Source of the DNA: Ranitomeya imitator
Taxonomy: Eukaryota
Assembly: GCF_032444005.1 (NCBI RefSeq)
Contig: NW_027193546.1
Coordinates: 744,001-808,000, forward strand
Direction: 5' to 3'
DNA length: 64,000 nt
Position numbers and translations under genes: made by a program. This document shows positions 52,357-64,000 of this stretch, in pieces. Under the pieces are notes generated by a model that worked only from the letters and a program-made list of their open reading frames with translations, had not been told where the DNA came from and made no database searches. How positions within the stretch are numbered: the stretch's first letter is position 1; each line of letters starts with the position of its first letter.

Positions 52357-52868
52357 TGTAACATAGTAACATAGTAACATAGTTAGTAAGGCCGAAAAAA
52401 TACATTTGTCCTTCCAGTTCAGCCTATATTCCATCATAATAAATCCCCAGATCTACGTCCTTCTACAGAACCTAATAATTGTATGATACAATATTGTTCT
52501 GCTCCAGGAAGACATCCAGGCCTCTCTTGAACCCCTCGACTGAGTTCGCCATCACCACCTCCTCAGGCAAGCAATTCCAGATTCTCACTGCCCTAACAGT
52601 AAAGAATCCTCTTCTATGTTGGTGGAAAAACCTTCTCTCTTCCAGACGCAAAGAATGCCCCCTTGTGCCCGTCACCTTCCTTGGTATAAACAGATATTTG
52701 TATTGTCCCCTTATATACTTATACATGGTTATTAGATCGCCCCGTCTTTTTTCTAGACTAAATAATCCTAATTTCGCTAACCTATCTGGGTATTGTAGTT
52801 CTCCCATTCCCTTTATTAATTTTGTTGGCCTCCTTTGTACTCTCTCTAGTTCCATTATATCCTTCCTG
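52357..52868 (-). mobile_element. CR1 3'-terminal fragment with (CTATGTTA)n tail
   Basis: KDIMELERVQRRPTKLIKGMGELQY...; taacatag x3 at 52359-52383; small deletions relative to the 43154 copy. Confidence 0.9.
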
Positions 52869-53293
52869 TGGATGTGATACCCCCAGAGCGTCCCAACCTC
52901 AGCGTAATGCAATGATAGACATTTGTTCATTTTCTGATGAAGAACTTCCATAAATGGAGATTTGGAAGGACGAAAGAAGCAAGTGAAATTAGAAGAGATT
53001 TCCCATCATTTAATCACCAGATGATGGTACTTCATTTATGCCGTTACCTCATGTACCAATTACAACCCAGAAAGACATTTTTATGCATTTTTTTTATATA
53101 TAAAATATCATGCTTTAATGCAAAATTACAGGAACCTGCTCATAATTGTAAAGTACAAATTAGTTTGTTGGTGTTTTTTTTTAATTCATTGCTTTAATGT
53201 AAAAACTGTACAGGCAGCAAGAGGGTTAAACACCAGTGTAACTGAAAAATAATCCTTACTACATCGCCCTCTATAGTGCCAGAGGCATTTACC

Positions 53294-53600
53294 TTATACA
53301 TTCGAGTATAATCTGAGATTTGCAGCCATTTTTTTTAGGCTGAAAGTGCCCCTCTCGTCTTATACTGGAGTCATTGTACCAGGGGGTCGGCGGCTGGCAC
53401 ATCATACTCACCTCATACTGGCGCGGTCTCTGCTTCTCAGATAGTCTCTGGCGCCTGCATCTCTTCCTGTAATGAGTGGTACCACGTGACCACTAAACAA
53501 AGTAATGAATACATACGTGGCTCCACTCCCACAGGCGTGGAGCGCATATTCATTACTTTAATGAGCGGTACCATGACGAACACAGGAACAAGTTGCCGGC
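53294..53600. mobile_element. Possible degenerate MITE fragment with internal hairpins
   Basis: Imperfect inverted repeat attcgagtataatctgag / ctcgtcttatactggagt; perfect 13-bp inverted repeat at 53499-53511 / 53547-53559. Confidence 0.35.
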
Positions 53601-54451
53601 ACCAGAGACCATCGGAGAAGCAGGGACTTGCAGAGACGCTGCCAGGAGGGTGAGTATGACGGGGGAGGGTGAGCCATGCATATTCACCTGTTCCGACGCG
53701 TATCCGGGGGAGATTGCTAGTAGAAATTTTGCAATTAGCTCCTATCTCCTCCCTTTCGTCTGATTGGTTGAGCACAGAACGGTTGGAGATTTTGAATTTT
53801 CCACTTATTGTGCTCTTCTTTTCCCGCTTCTCTATTCTTCTCATCTCAGCGTCGCTTAGATCTGTTGGTTATTTTGATTTTTACTTCCATTGTAGTTTCG
53901 GTTGTTATTTTCCAGCTTGTTATAAAGTAGAATAAAAAATACATTTTAAGGACACTGATCTACAGATAACTCATCTGATCCCCGGCAGTCACTCATCATT
54001 ACACGTGGTGCCCGACTGGTGGCCATTACCGGTCACTGCAGAGCAGGGAGCTGTATGTAACCAGACCCCCGGCGGCACCAGCCACAGATAAGATGAGAAA
54101 ACTCAAATATATGATAATTACAACCTAAAGCCGCAAGACTGCAGAGGCGGCACTAGGACCCCATTTACGTCTGCGCTGTACAGAAACCGCGCCTCCACCA
54201 CCAAAGACCCGGGCTGTGCACAGCGCACACTTTACCCTGTCCTTATAAAACGTCAGTCATGTAATTGATGTCGCACTTTTGGACTTGGTGAGAATAAAGG
54301 ATGCGCGGAGCGGTAACTGGAATATCGCGGATCACCTACAATATCGGACACAGCAGCCGGCTATTACCTTTCCTGACCGCGCTCCGTATATGGAGAATAC
54401 GCGCAGAAGAGAGACCGTTCAGGACTCGGCTCATTTGTGGGAGGATTTGGT

Positions 54452-54467
54452 GGCTCTGAAAAGAGCC
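54452..54467 (-). terminator. Histone 3' stem-loop (H3)
   Basis: GGCTCTTTTCAGAGCC-ACCAA, HDE-like AAATGAGCC. Confidence 0.96.
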
Positions 54468-54496
54468 TTTGTGTTGTGGTCGCAGCCGGGGCAGAT

Positions 54497-55081
<585 letters not shown>

Positions 55082-55310
55082 TTATTCCCGCCCAGTAACC
55101 CCGCCCCCTGAAGTCCCCGCCTCTTCCGTGATGCGTCTGTCCTCAGATCACTCATTTGCCGCTGCTGGAGCAGCTGATGTATCTGCGTTGAAATGTCCCC
55201 GTGTATAGCGCTGTACAGTGCAGCTCCCGCATTATCGTCAGATCACACCAACCCCCCATCCTGAGACTGCGCCCAGCATCAGTTATATTAAAAACATTAC
55301 AAGTAGGAAA

Positions 55311-58300
55311 ACTGATCATACAGCTCTGCGGGGAGGAGGTGGTGGCACTGATCATACAGCTCTGCGGGGGAGAAGGTGGTGGCACTGATCATACAGCTCT
55401 GCGGGGTGGAGGTGATTTCTCTGATCATACAGCTCTGCAGGGAGGAGTAGGTGGTGGCACTGATGATACAGCTCTGCGGGGAGGAGGTGGTGGCACTGAT
55501 CATACAGCTCTGCGGGGAGGAGGAGGTGGCACTGATCATACAGCTCTGCGGGGAGGAGGTGGTGGCACTGATCATACAGCTCTGCGGGGAGGAGGTGGTG
55601 GCACTGATCATACAGCTCTGCGGGGAGGAGGTGGTGGCACTGATCGTACAGCTCTGCGGGGAGGAGGTGGTGGCACTGATCATACAGCTCTGCAGGGAGG
55701 AGGTGGTGGCACTGATCATACAGCTCTGCGGGGAGAAGGTGTTGGCACTGATCATACAGCTCTCCGGGGAGGAGGTGATTTCTCTGATCATACAGCTCTG
55801 CAGGGAGGAGGAGGTTATGGCTCTGATCATACAGGTCTGAGGGGAGTAGGTGGTGGCTCTGATCATACAGCTCTGCGGGGAGAGGGTGGTGGCACTGATC
55901 ATACAGCTCTGCGGGGAGGAGGTGATGGCTCTGATCCTACAGCTCTGCGGGGAGAATGTGGTGGCTCTGATCATACAGCTCTGCAGGGAGGAGGTGGTGG
56001 CACTGATCATACAGCTCTGCGGGGAGGAGGTGGTGGCACTGATCATACAGCTCTGCGGGGAGGAGGTGGTGGCACTGATCATACAGCTCTGCGGGGAGGA
56101 GGTGGTGGCACTGATCATACAGCTCTGCGGGGAGGAGGTGGTGGCTCTGATCATACAGCTCTGCGGGGAGGAGGTGGTGGCTCTGATCATACAGCTCTGC
56201 GGGGAGGAGGTGGTGGTACTGATCATACAGCTGTGCGGGGAGGAGGTGATTTCTCTGATCATACAGCTCTGCAGGGAGGAGGTGGTGGCTCTGATCATAC
56301 AGCTCTGCGGGGAGGAGGTGGTGGCTCTGATCATACAGCTCTGCGGGGAGGAGGAGGTGGCACTGATCATACAGCTCTGCGGGGAGGAGGTGGTGGCACT
56401 GATCATACAGCTCTGCGGGGAGGAGGTGGTGGCACTGATCATACAGCTCTGCGGGGAGGAGGTGGTGGCACTGATCATACAGCTCTGCGGGGAGGAGGAG
56501 CTGGCTCTGATCATACAGCTCTGCGGGGTGGAGGTGATTTCTCTGATCATACAGCTCTGCGGGGAGGAGGAGGTGGCACTGATCATACAGCTCTGCGGGG
56601 AGGAGGTGGTGGCACTGATCATACAGCTCTGCGGGGAGGAGGTGGTGGCTCTGATCATGCTGCTCTGCGGGGAGGAGGTGGTGGTACTGATCATACAGCT
56701 GTGCGGGGAGGAGGTGATTTCTCTGATCATACAGCTCTGCAGGGAGGAGGTGGTGGCTCTGATCATACAGCTCTGCGGGGAGGAGGTGGTGGCACTGATC
56801 ATACAGCTCTGCGGGGAGGAGGTGGTGGCACTGATCATACAGCTCTGCGGGGAGGAGGTGGTGGCACTGATTATACAGCTCTGCGGGGAGAGGGTGGTGG
56901 CTCTGATCATACAGCTCTGCGGGGAGGAGGTGGTGGCTCTGATCATACAGCTCTGCGGGGTGGAGGTGATTTCTCTGATCATACAGCTCTGCGGGGTGGA
57001 GGTGGTGGCACTGATTATACAGCTCTGCGGGGAGGAAGTGGTGGCTCTGATCATACAGCTCTGCGGGGGAGAAGGTGGTGGCACTGATCATACAGCTCTG
57101 CGGGGTGGAGGTGATTTCTCTGATCATACAGCTCTGCAGGGAGGAGTAGGTGGTGGCACTGATGATACAGCTCTGCGGGGAGGAGGTGGTGGCACTGATC
57201 ATACAGCTCTGCGGGGTGGAGGTGATTTCTCTGATCATACAGCTCTGCGGGGAGGAGGAGGTGGCACTGATCATACAGCTCTGCGGGGAGGAGGTGGTGG
57301 CACTGATCATACAGCTCTGCGGGGAGGAGGTGGTGGCACTGATCATACAGCTCTGCGGGGAGGAGGTGGTGGCACTGATTATACAGCTCTGCGGGGAGAG
57401 GGTGGTGGCTCTGGTCATACAGCTCTGCGGGGAGGAGGTGGTGGCTCTGATCATACAGCTCTGCGGGGTGGAGGTGATTTCTCTGATCATACAGCTCTGC
57501 GGGGTGGAGGTGGTGGCACTGATTATACAGCTCTGCGGGGAGGAAGTGGTGGCTCTGATCATACAGCTCTGCGGGGGAGAAGGTGGTGGCACTGATCATA
57601 CAGCTCTGCGGGGTGGAGGTGGTGGCACTGATCATACAGCTCTGCGGGGAGGAGGTGATTTCTCTGATCATACAGCTCTGCAGGGAGGAGTAGGTGGTGG
57701 CACTGATGATACAGCTCTGCGGGGAGGAGGTGGTGGCACTGATCATACAGCTCTGCGGGGTGGAGGTGATTTCTCTGATCATACAGCTCTGCAGGGAGGA
57801 GTAGGTGGTGGCACTGATGATACAGCTCTGCGGGGAGGAGGTGGTGGCACTGATCATACAGCTCTGCGGGGAGGAGGTGGTGGCACTGATCATACAGCTC
57901 TGCGGGGAGGAGGAGGTGGCACTGATCATACAGCTCTGCGGGGAGGAGGTGGTGGCACTGATCATACAGCTGTGCGGGGAGGAGGTGATTTCTCTGATCA
58001 TACAGCTCTGCAGGGAGGAGGTGGTGGCACTGATCATACAGCTCTGCGGGGAGGAGGTGGTGGCACTGATCATACAGCTCTGCGGGGAGGAGGTGGTGGC
58101 ACTGATCATACAGCTCTGCGGGGAGGAGGTGGTGGCACTGATCATACAGCTCTGCGGGGACGAGGTGGTGGCACTGATCGTACAGCTCTGCGGGGAGGAG
58201 GTGGTGGCACTGATCATACAGCTCTGCAGGGAGGAGGTGGTGGCACTGATCATACAGCTCTGCGGGGAGAAGGTGTTGGCACTGATCATACAGCTCTCCG

Positions 58301-61300
58301 GGGAGGAGGTGATTTCTCTGATCATACAGCTCTGCAGGGAGGAGGAGGTTATGGATCTGATCATACAGGTCTGAGGGGAGTAGGTGGTGGCTCTGATCAT
58401 ACAGCTCTGCGGGGAGAGGGTGGTGGCACTGATCATACAGCTCTGCGGGGAGGAGGTGATGGCTCTGATCCTACAACTCTGCGGGGAGAATGTGGTGGCT
58501 CTGATCATACAGCTCTGCGGGGAGAAGGTGGTGGCACTGATCATACGGCTCTCCGGGGAGGAGGTGATTTCTCTGATCATACAGCTCTGCAGGGAGGAGG
58601 TGGTGGCTCTGATCATACAGCTCTGCGGAGAGGAGGTGGTGGCTCTGATCATGCAGCTCTGCGGGGAGGAGGTGGTGGCACTGATCATACAGCTCTGCGG
58701 GGAGGAGGTGGTGGTACTGATCATACAGCTCTGCGGGGAGGAGGTGGTGGCTCTGATCATACAGCTCTGCGGGGAGGAGGTGGTGGTACTGATCATACAG
58801 CTGTGCGGGGAGGAGGTGATTTCTCTGATCATACAGCTCTGCAGGGAGGAGGTGGTGTCTCTGATCATACAGCTCTGCGGGGAGGAGGTGGTGGCTCTGA
58901 TCATACAGCTCTGCGGGGAGGAGGAGGTGGCACTGATCATACAGCTCTGCGGGGAGGAGGTGGTGGTACTGATCATACAGCTGTGCGGGGAGGAGGTGAT
59001 TTCTCTGATCATACAGCTCTGCAGGGAGGAGGTGGTGTCTCTGATCATACAGCTCTGCGGGGAGGAGGTGGTGGCTCTGATCATACAGCTCTGCGGGGAG
59101 GAGGAGGTGGCACTGATCATACAGCTCTGCGGGGAGGAGGTGGTGGCACTGATCATACAGCTCTGCGGGGAGGAGGAGGTGGCTCTGATCATACAGCTCT
59201 GCGGGGAGGAGGTGGTGGCACTGATCATACAGCTCTGCGGGGAGGAGGTGGTGGCACTGATCATACAGCTCTGCAGGGAGGAGGTGGTGGCACTGATCAT
59301 ACAGCTCTGCGGGGAGAAGGTGTTGGCACTGATCATACAGCTCTCCGGGGAGGAGGTGATTTCTCTGATCATACAGCTCTGCAGGGAGGAGGAGGTTATG
59401 GCTCTGATCATACAGGTCTGAGGGGAGTAGGTGGTGGCTCTGATCATACAGCTCTGCGGGGAGAGGGTGGTGGCACTGATCATACAGCTCTGCGGGGAGG
59501 AGGTGATGGCTCTGATCCTACAGCTCTGCGGGGAGAATGTGGTGGCTCTGATCATACAGCTCTGCGGGGAGAAGGTGGTGGCACTGATCATACGGCTCTC
59601 CGGGGAGGAGGTGATTTCTCTGATCATACAGCTCTGCAGGGAGGAGGTGGTGGCTCTGATCATACAGCTCTGCGGAGAGGAGGTGGTGGCTCTGATCATG
59701 CAGCTCTGCGGGGAGGAGGTGGTGGCACTGATCATACAGCTCTGCGGGGAGGAGGTGGTGGTACTGATCATACAGCTCTGCGGGGAGGAGGTGGTGGCTC
59801 TGATCATACAGCTCTGCGGGGAGGAGGTGGTGGTACTGATCATACAGCTGTGCGGGGAGGAGGTGATTTCTCTGATCATACAGCTCTGCGGGGAGGAGGT
59901 GGTGGCACTGATCATACAGCTCTGCGGGGAGGAGGTGGTGGCACTGATCATACAGCTCTGCGGGGAGGAGGTGGTGGCACTGATCATACAGCTCTGCGGG
60001 GAGGAGGTGGTGGCACTGATCATACAGCTCTGCGGGGAGGAGGTGGTGGCACTGATCATACAGCTCTGCGGGGAGGAGGAGGTGGCACTGATCATACAGC
60101 TCTGCGGGGAGGAGGTGGTGGCACTGATCATACAGCTCTGCGGGGAGGAGGTGGTGGCACTGATCATACAGCTCTGCGGGGAGGAGGTGATTTCTCTGAT
60201 CATACAGCTCTGCAGGGAGGAGGTGGTGGTACTGATCATACAGCTGTGCGGGGAGGAGGTGATTTCTCTGATCATACAGCTCTGCAGGGAGGAGGTGGTG
60301 GCACTGATCATACAGCTCTGCGGGGAGGAGGTGGTGGCACTGATCATACAGCTCTGCGGGGAGGAGGTGGTGGCACTGATCATACAGCTCTGCGGGGAGG
60401 AGGTGGTGGCACTGATCATACAGCTCTGCGGGGAGGAGGTGGTGGCTCTGATCATACAGCTCTGCGGGGAGGAGGAGGTGGCACTGATCATACAGCTCTG
60501 CGGGGAGGAGGTGGTGGCACTGATCATACAGCTCTGCGGGGAGGAGGTGGTGGCACTGATCATACAGCTCTGCGGGGAGGAGGTGGTGGCTCTGATCATA
60601 CAGCTCTGCGGGGAGGAGGAGGTGGCACTGATCATACAGCTCTGCGGGGAGGAGGTGGTGGCACTGATCATACAGCTCTGCGGGGAGGAGGTGGTGGTAC
60701 TGATCATACAGCTCTGCGGGGAGGAGGTGGTGGCTCTGATCATACAGCTCTGCGGGGAGGAGGTGGTGGTACTGATCATACAGCTGTGCGGGGAGGAGGT
60801 GATTTCTCTGATCATACAGCTCTGCGGGGAGGAGGTGGTGGCACTGATCATACAGCTCTGCGGGGAGGAGGTGGTGGCACTGATCATACAGCTCTGCGGG
60901 GAGGAGGTGGTGGCACTGATCATACAGCTCTGCGGGGAGGAGGTGGTGGCACTGATCATACAGCTCTGCGGGGAGGAGGTGGTGGCACTGATCATACAGC
61001 TCTGCGGGGAGGAGGAGGTGGCACTGATCATACAGCTCTGCGGGGAGGAGGTGGTGGCACTGATCATACAGCTCTGCGGGGAGGAGGTGGTGGCACTGAT
61101 CATACAGCTCTGCGGGGAGGAGGTGATTTCTCTGATCATACAGCTCTGCAGGGAGGAGGTGGTGGTACTGATCATACAGCTGTGCGGGGAGGAGGTGATT
61201 TCTCTGATCATACAGCTCTGCAGGGAGGAGGTGGTGGCACTGATCATACAGCTCTGCGGGGAGGAGGTGGTGGCACTGATCATACAGCTCTGCGGGGAGG

Positions 61301-61601
61301 AGGTGGTGGCACTGATCATACAGCTCTGCGGGGAGGAGGTGGTGGCACTGATCATACAGCTCTGCGGGGAGGAGGTGGTGGCTCTGATCATACAGCTCTG
61401 CGGGGAGGAGGAGGTGGCACTGATCATACAGCTCTGCGGGGAGGAGGTGGTGGCACTGATGATACAGCTCTGCGGGGAGGAAGTGGTGGCACTGATCATA
61501 CAGCTCTGCGGGGAGGAGGTGGTGGCACTGATCATACAGCTCTGCGGGGAGGAGGTGGTGGCACTGATCATACAGCTCTGCGGGGAGGAGGTGGTGGCTC
61601 T
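55311..61601 (-). repeat. 36-bp H1-processing-signal minisatellite (about 175 units by length/36)
   Basis: Same unit; contiguous with the H1 stem-loop at 61596-61611; ends about 400 bp upstream of the H3 ATG. Confidence 0.97.
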
Positions 61602-61639
61602 TATAAGAGCCTTTGTGGTAACAGAACAGGGGCTGCAGC

Positions 61640-62242
61640 TTATTTCTTAGCCGCGGGCTTCTTGGCTTTCGCAGCCTTCTTAGCCGGACTCTTCGTCACC
61701 TTCTTGGGCTTGGGAGCGGCTTTCGGCTTCTTGGGGCTCTTGGCCGCTTTCTTGGCCGCTGCGGGCTTCTTGGCCTTTTTCGGGCTCTTCTTGGCCGCAG
61801 TCGGAGCCTTCTTGGGCTTCTTCGGAGATTTGGCGGCTTTCTTGGCAGCAGCGGGTTTCTTAGGTTTGGCCGCAGCTGCTGGCTTCGTCTTGGCCACTTT
61901 GTCCTTCGTCTCCTGCTTCTTGTTCAGCTTGAAGGACCCGGAGGCGCCGCTGCCTTTCACCTGGAGGAGGGCGCCCTTGGTGACCAGAGCCTTGACGGCC
62001 AGCTTCAGGCGGCTGTTGTTCTTCTCTACATCGTATCCTCCAGCAGACAGAGCCTTCTTCAGGGCGGCCAGAGACACCCCGCTGCGCTCCTTGGAGGCGG
62101 ACACGGCTTTCACGATCAGCTCGGAGACGCTGGGGCCGGAGGGTTTATTGCTCTTCTTGGCAGCAGATTTCTTCGGCTGCTTCTTGGATTTGGCGGCCGG
62201 TTCTGCGGGAGGGGGAGCGGCGGCTGGCGCGGTCTCTGCCAT
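61640..62242 (-). CDS. H1: Linker histone H1 (200 aa, short-tail version)
   Basis: Same as the other H1 copies but lacks 11 aa ([11 protein letters not shown]) and has a T-to-K change; stem-loop at 61596-61611. Confidence 0.98.
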   Translation of the reverse strand: MAETAPAAAPPPAEPAAKSKKQPKKSAAKKSNKPSGPSVSELIVKAVSASKERSGVSLAALKKALSAGGYDVEKNNSRLKLAVKALVTKGALLQVKGSGASGSFKLNKKQETKDKVAKTKPAAAAKPKKPAAAKKAAKSPKKPKKAPTAAKKSPKKAKKPAAAKKAAKSPKKPKAAPKPKKVTKSPAKKAAKAKKPAAKK

Positions 62243-63246
62243 CATGTGCTGCTGACGCAAAATGAAAATATTTCCTGATAGGAAGGAAAACACTGAGGCC
62301 GGAGCTGGAGGCGCCTGTTATATGTACAGGCTTACTGCGCACTGATTGGCTGCTGAGCAGCACCGTCCTGAGCTTCTATTGGCTGACACTGGACACAGGC
62401 CCCGCCCCCTCCCAGCTGAGTCCGAGTGAAGCTCCGCTCTCCCCTTGTGCTTCCCTGCCCGGGATAAAAGCCCTTTACCGGCTAACACCGGACAGCAGAG
62501 CGCGATTCCTCCGTCGCCTCCCCTTCTCCAACATCTCCACCGGCCATTTGTAGCCGTCACTAGCAGAGATGCCGGGAAAGAGCGGAGAGGAAATCCCGGG
62601 ATCATCGCCGCCGTCCTCCCGATCTGCACCTCACTGTGTATCCGGGGAGATAAATCTGCTGCGGGAGCTCGTTCCTCCTATTCCCGGCTCCTGTCACCAT
62701 CACAGGGATCTTTACTCCTATGTCTATCGCACAGGAAGCTGATTGTACGATGTGGGGACGAGCTGGAGCTGCTGACAACCCAGAAGGGTAACACAGGCGA
62801 CGGCCTCCGCTGACTGCCACCTCCCTGACCTGTGGTGTCACTGTACCCCGTATGTGCAGAGGATTGGGGGGACACGTGTTCCACACCAGTAGATGATCCA
62901 CATCGGTGGCTGATTGCAATCACCTGCCTGATATCGTGTCTTACCCAGTGTGAAGCTGTGACCGCTGCGGCCTGTCATGGTGCGAAGAGCTCTGATGAGG
63001 CGACAGCTGCACACTGCGACTCCCCAACCAAACACATAAACATCTCCGGGGAGAAAACTGAAATATTAATGGATTTATGTGACCCCCACTATTGTGTAAA
63101 AGGGGAATATTGGGAGAAAAGCGGAGACACAAAATCCAGCGTCTACACAGAGAACACAGCTGTACATAGTATATATAGTGCACAACATTACATCTGCACA
63201 GCCCAGATCAGCAGTGTAATAAGTGTCACTGATACTAGAGGAGAGG

Positions 63247-63826
63247 GTACAGTATATACAGCAGAGTGTACAGTATATACAGCAGAGTACACAGTATATA
63301 GAGCAGAGTGTACAGTATATACAGCAGTGTGCACAGTATATAGAGCCAGTGTGTACAGTACATACAGCAGTGTGTACAGTATATAGAGCAGTGTGTAAAG
63401 TATATACAGCAGTGTGTACAATTTATAGACCAGAGTGTACAGTATATAGAGCAGTCTCCCCTCTCTTCTTCTTTCTCTCTCTCTCTCCCTCTTTCTTAAT
63501 CTCTATTTCTCTCTCCTCTCTTTCATTATTTCCTTCTCTCCTTTCTCTCTTCGCTCTCCTCTCTTTCTTTCTCTCTTCTTTTTTCTCTAAATATTTCTCT
63601 CACTCTTACTCTTTCTTCCTTTCTATTTCTCTCTCCCTCTCTTTCCCTTGCTTTCTCTTTTTCTTACTTTATATCTATCTCTCTCCTTCTCTCTTTCTTT
63701 ATCTCTCTTCTCTCTCTCTCTCTTTATGTCTCTTTGTCTCTCTTTCTCTCTTTCTCCCTTTCTTTCTCTCTATCTCCTTCTTTCTCATTCTCTCTCTTTC
63801 ACTTTATCTCTCTCTTTCTCTCTCTC
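63247..63826. repeat. 21-bp minisatellite plus CT tract; leads into another BRAT1-b module cut by the window end
   Basis: Copy of 23537-24122; 63827-64000 matches 24123 onward. Confidence 0.9.
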
Positions 63827-64000
63827 AGGGAGAGATTATCAATCCTTCATGTCAGCAGTGCACCTCTCCAAAATGAGGCAGATGTACTAGATTTTCTAGG
63901 CACCGCCATCTGCACGTGGGGTGCTGCTGTAATCCCTGTCATCATCCTCGTTTTTCCTCTCCACGTTTCCATATCCAGCCAAGTGATCGCTGGGCCCAGT

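Noticed and set aside
57150-62255. 1701-aa and other very long ORFs (GGGGTDHTALR, ALIIQLCGEEVV, SPQSCMISATTS, PAELYDQCHHLL repeats) in all three arrays
   Set aside because: A 36-bp unit is a multiple of 3 and stop-free in four of six frames. Frames switch at 37-bp variants, there is no promoter or start context, and the sequence is explained as non-coding H1 3' flank.

Overview
Vertebrate genomic DNA, most likely anuran amphibian (inferred from the CR1/L2/Penelope content and histone sequences), containing a replication-dependent histone locus. 1-12 kb is AT-rich and non-genic: a roughly 2.2-kb-arm foldback palindrome with a young Penelope-like retroelement (RT + GIY-YIG, 14-bp TSD, inverted pLTR, hammerhead-like motif) inserted in its left arm. 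12-43 kb is a tandem array of 13.4-14.6 kb units (two complete, one partial), each carrying pseudo-copies of the BRAT1 terminal exon, H4 (+), a 3'-broken CR1 ORF2, a 4-5.5 kb 36-bp minisatellite and H1 (-). 43-64 kb is a co-oriented minus-strand set H2A, H2B (partly N-masked), H4, H3, 36-bp minisatellite, H1, with CR1, L2 and mini-Penelope insertions. The main observation is that the 36-bp minisatellite is a tandem amplification of H1's own 3'-processing signal: hairpin 3' arm, ACCAC cleavage site and a 9-nt perfect complement of the U7 snRNA guide. By length/36 this gives about 450 putative U7-binding sites directly downstream of three H1 genes. No rRNA, tRNA or CRISPR was recognised. All alignments were done by eye, so boundaries are approximate to a few bases.
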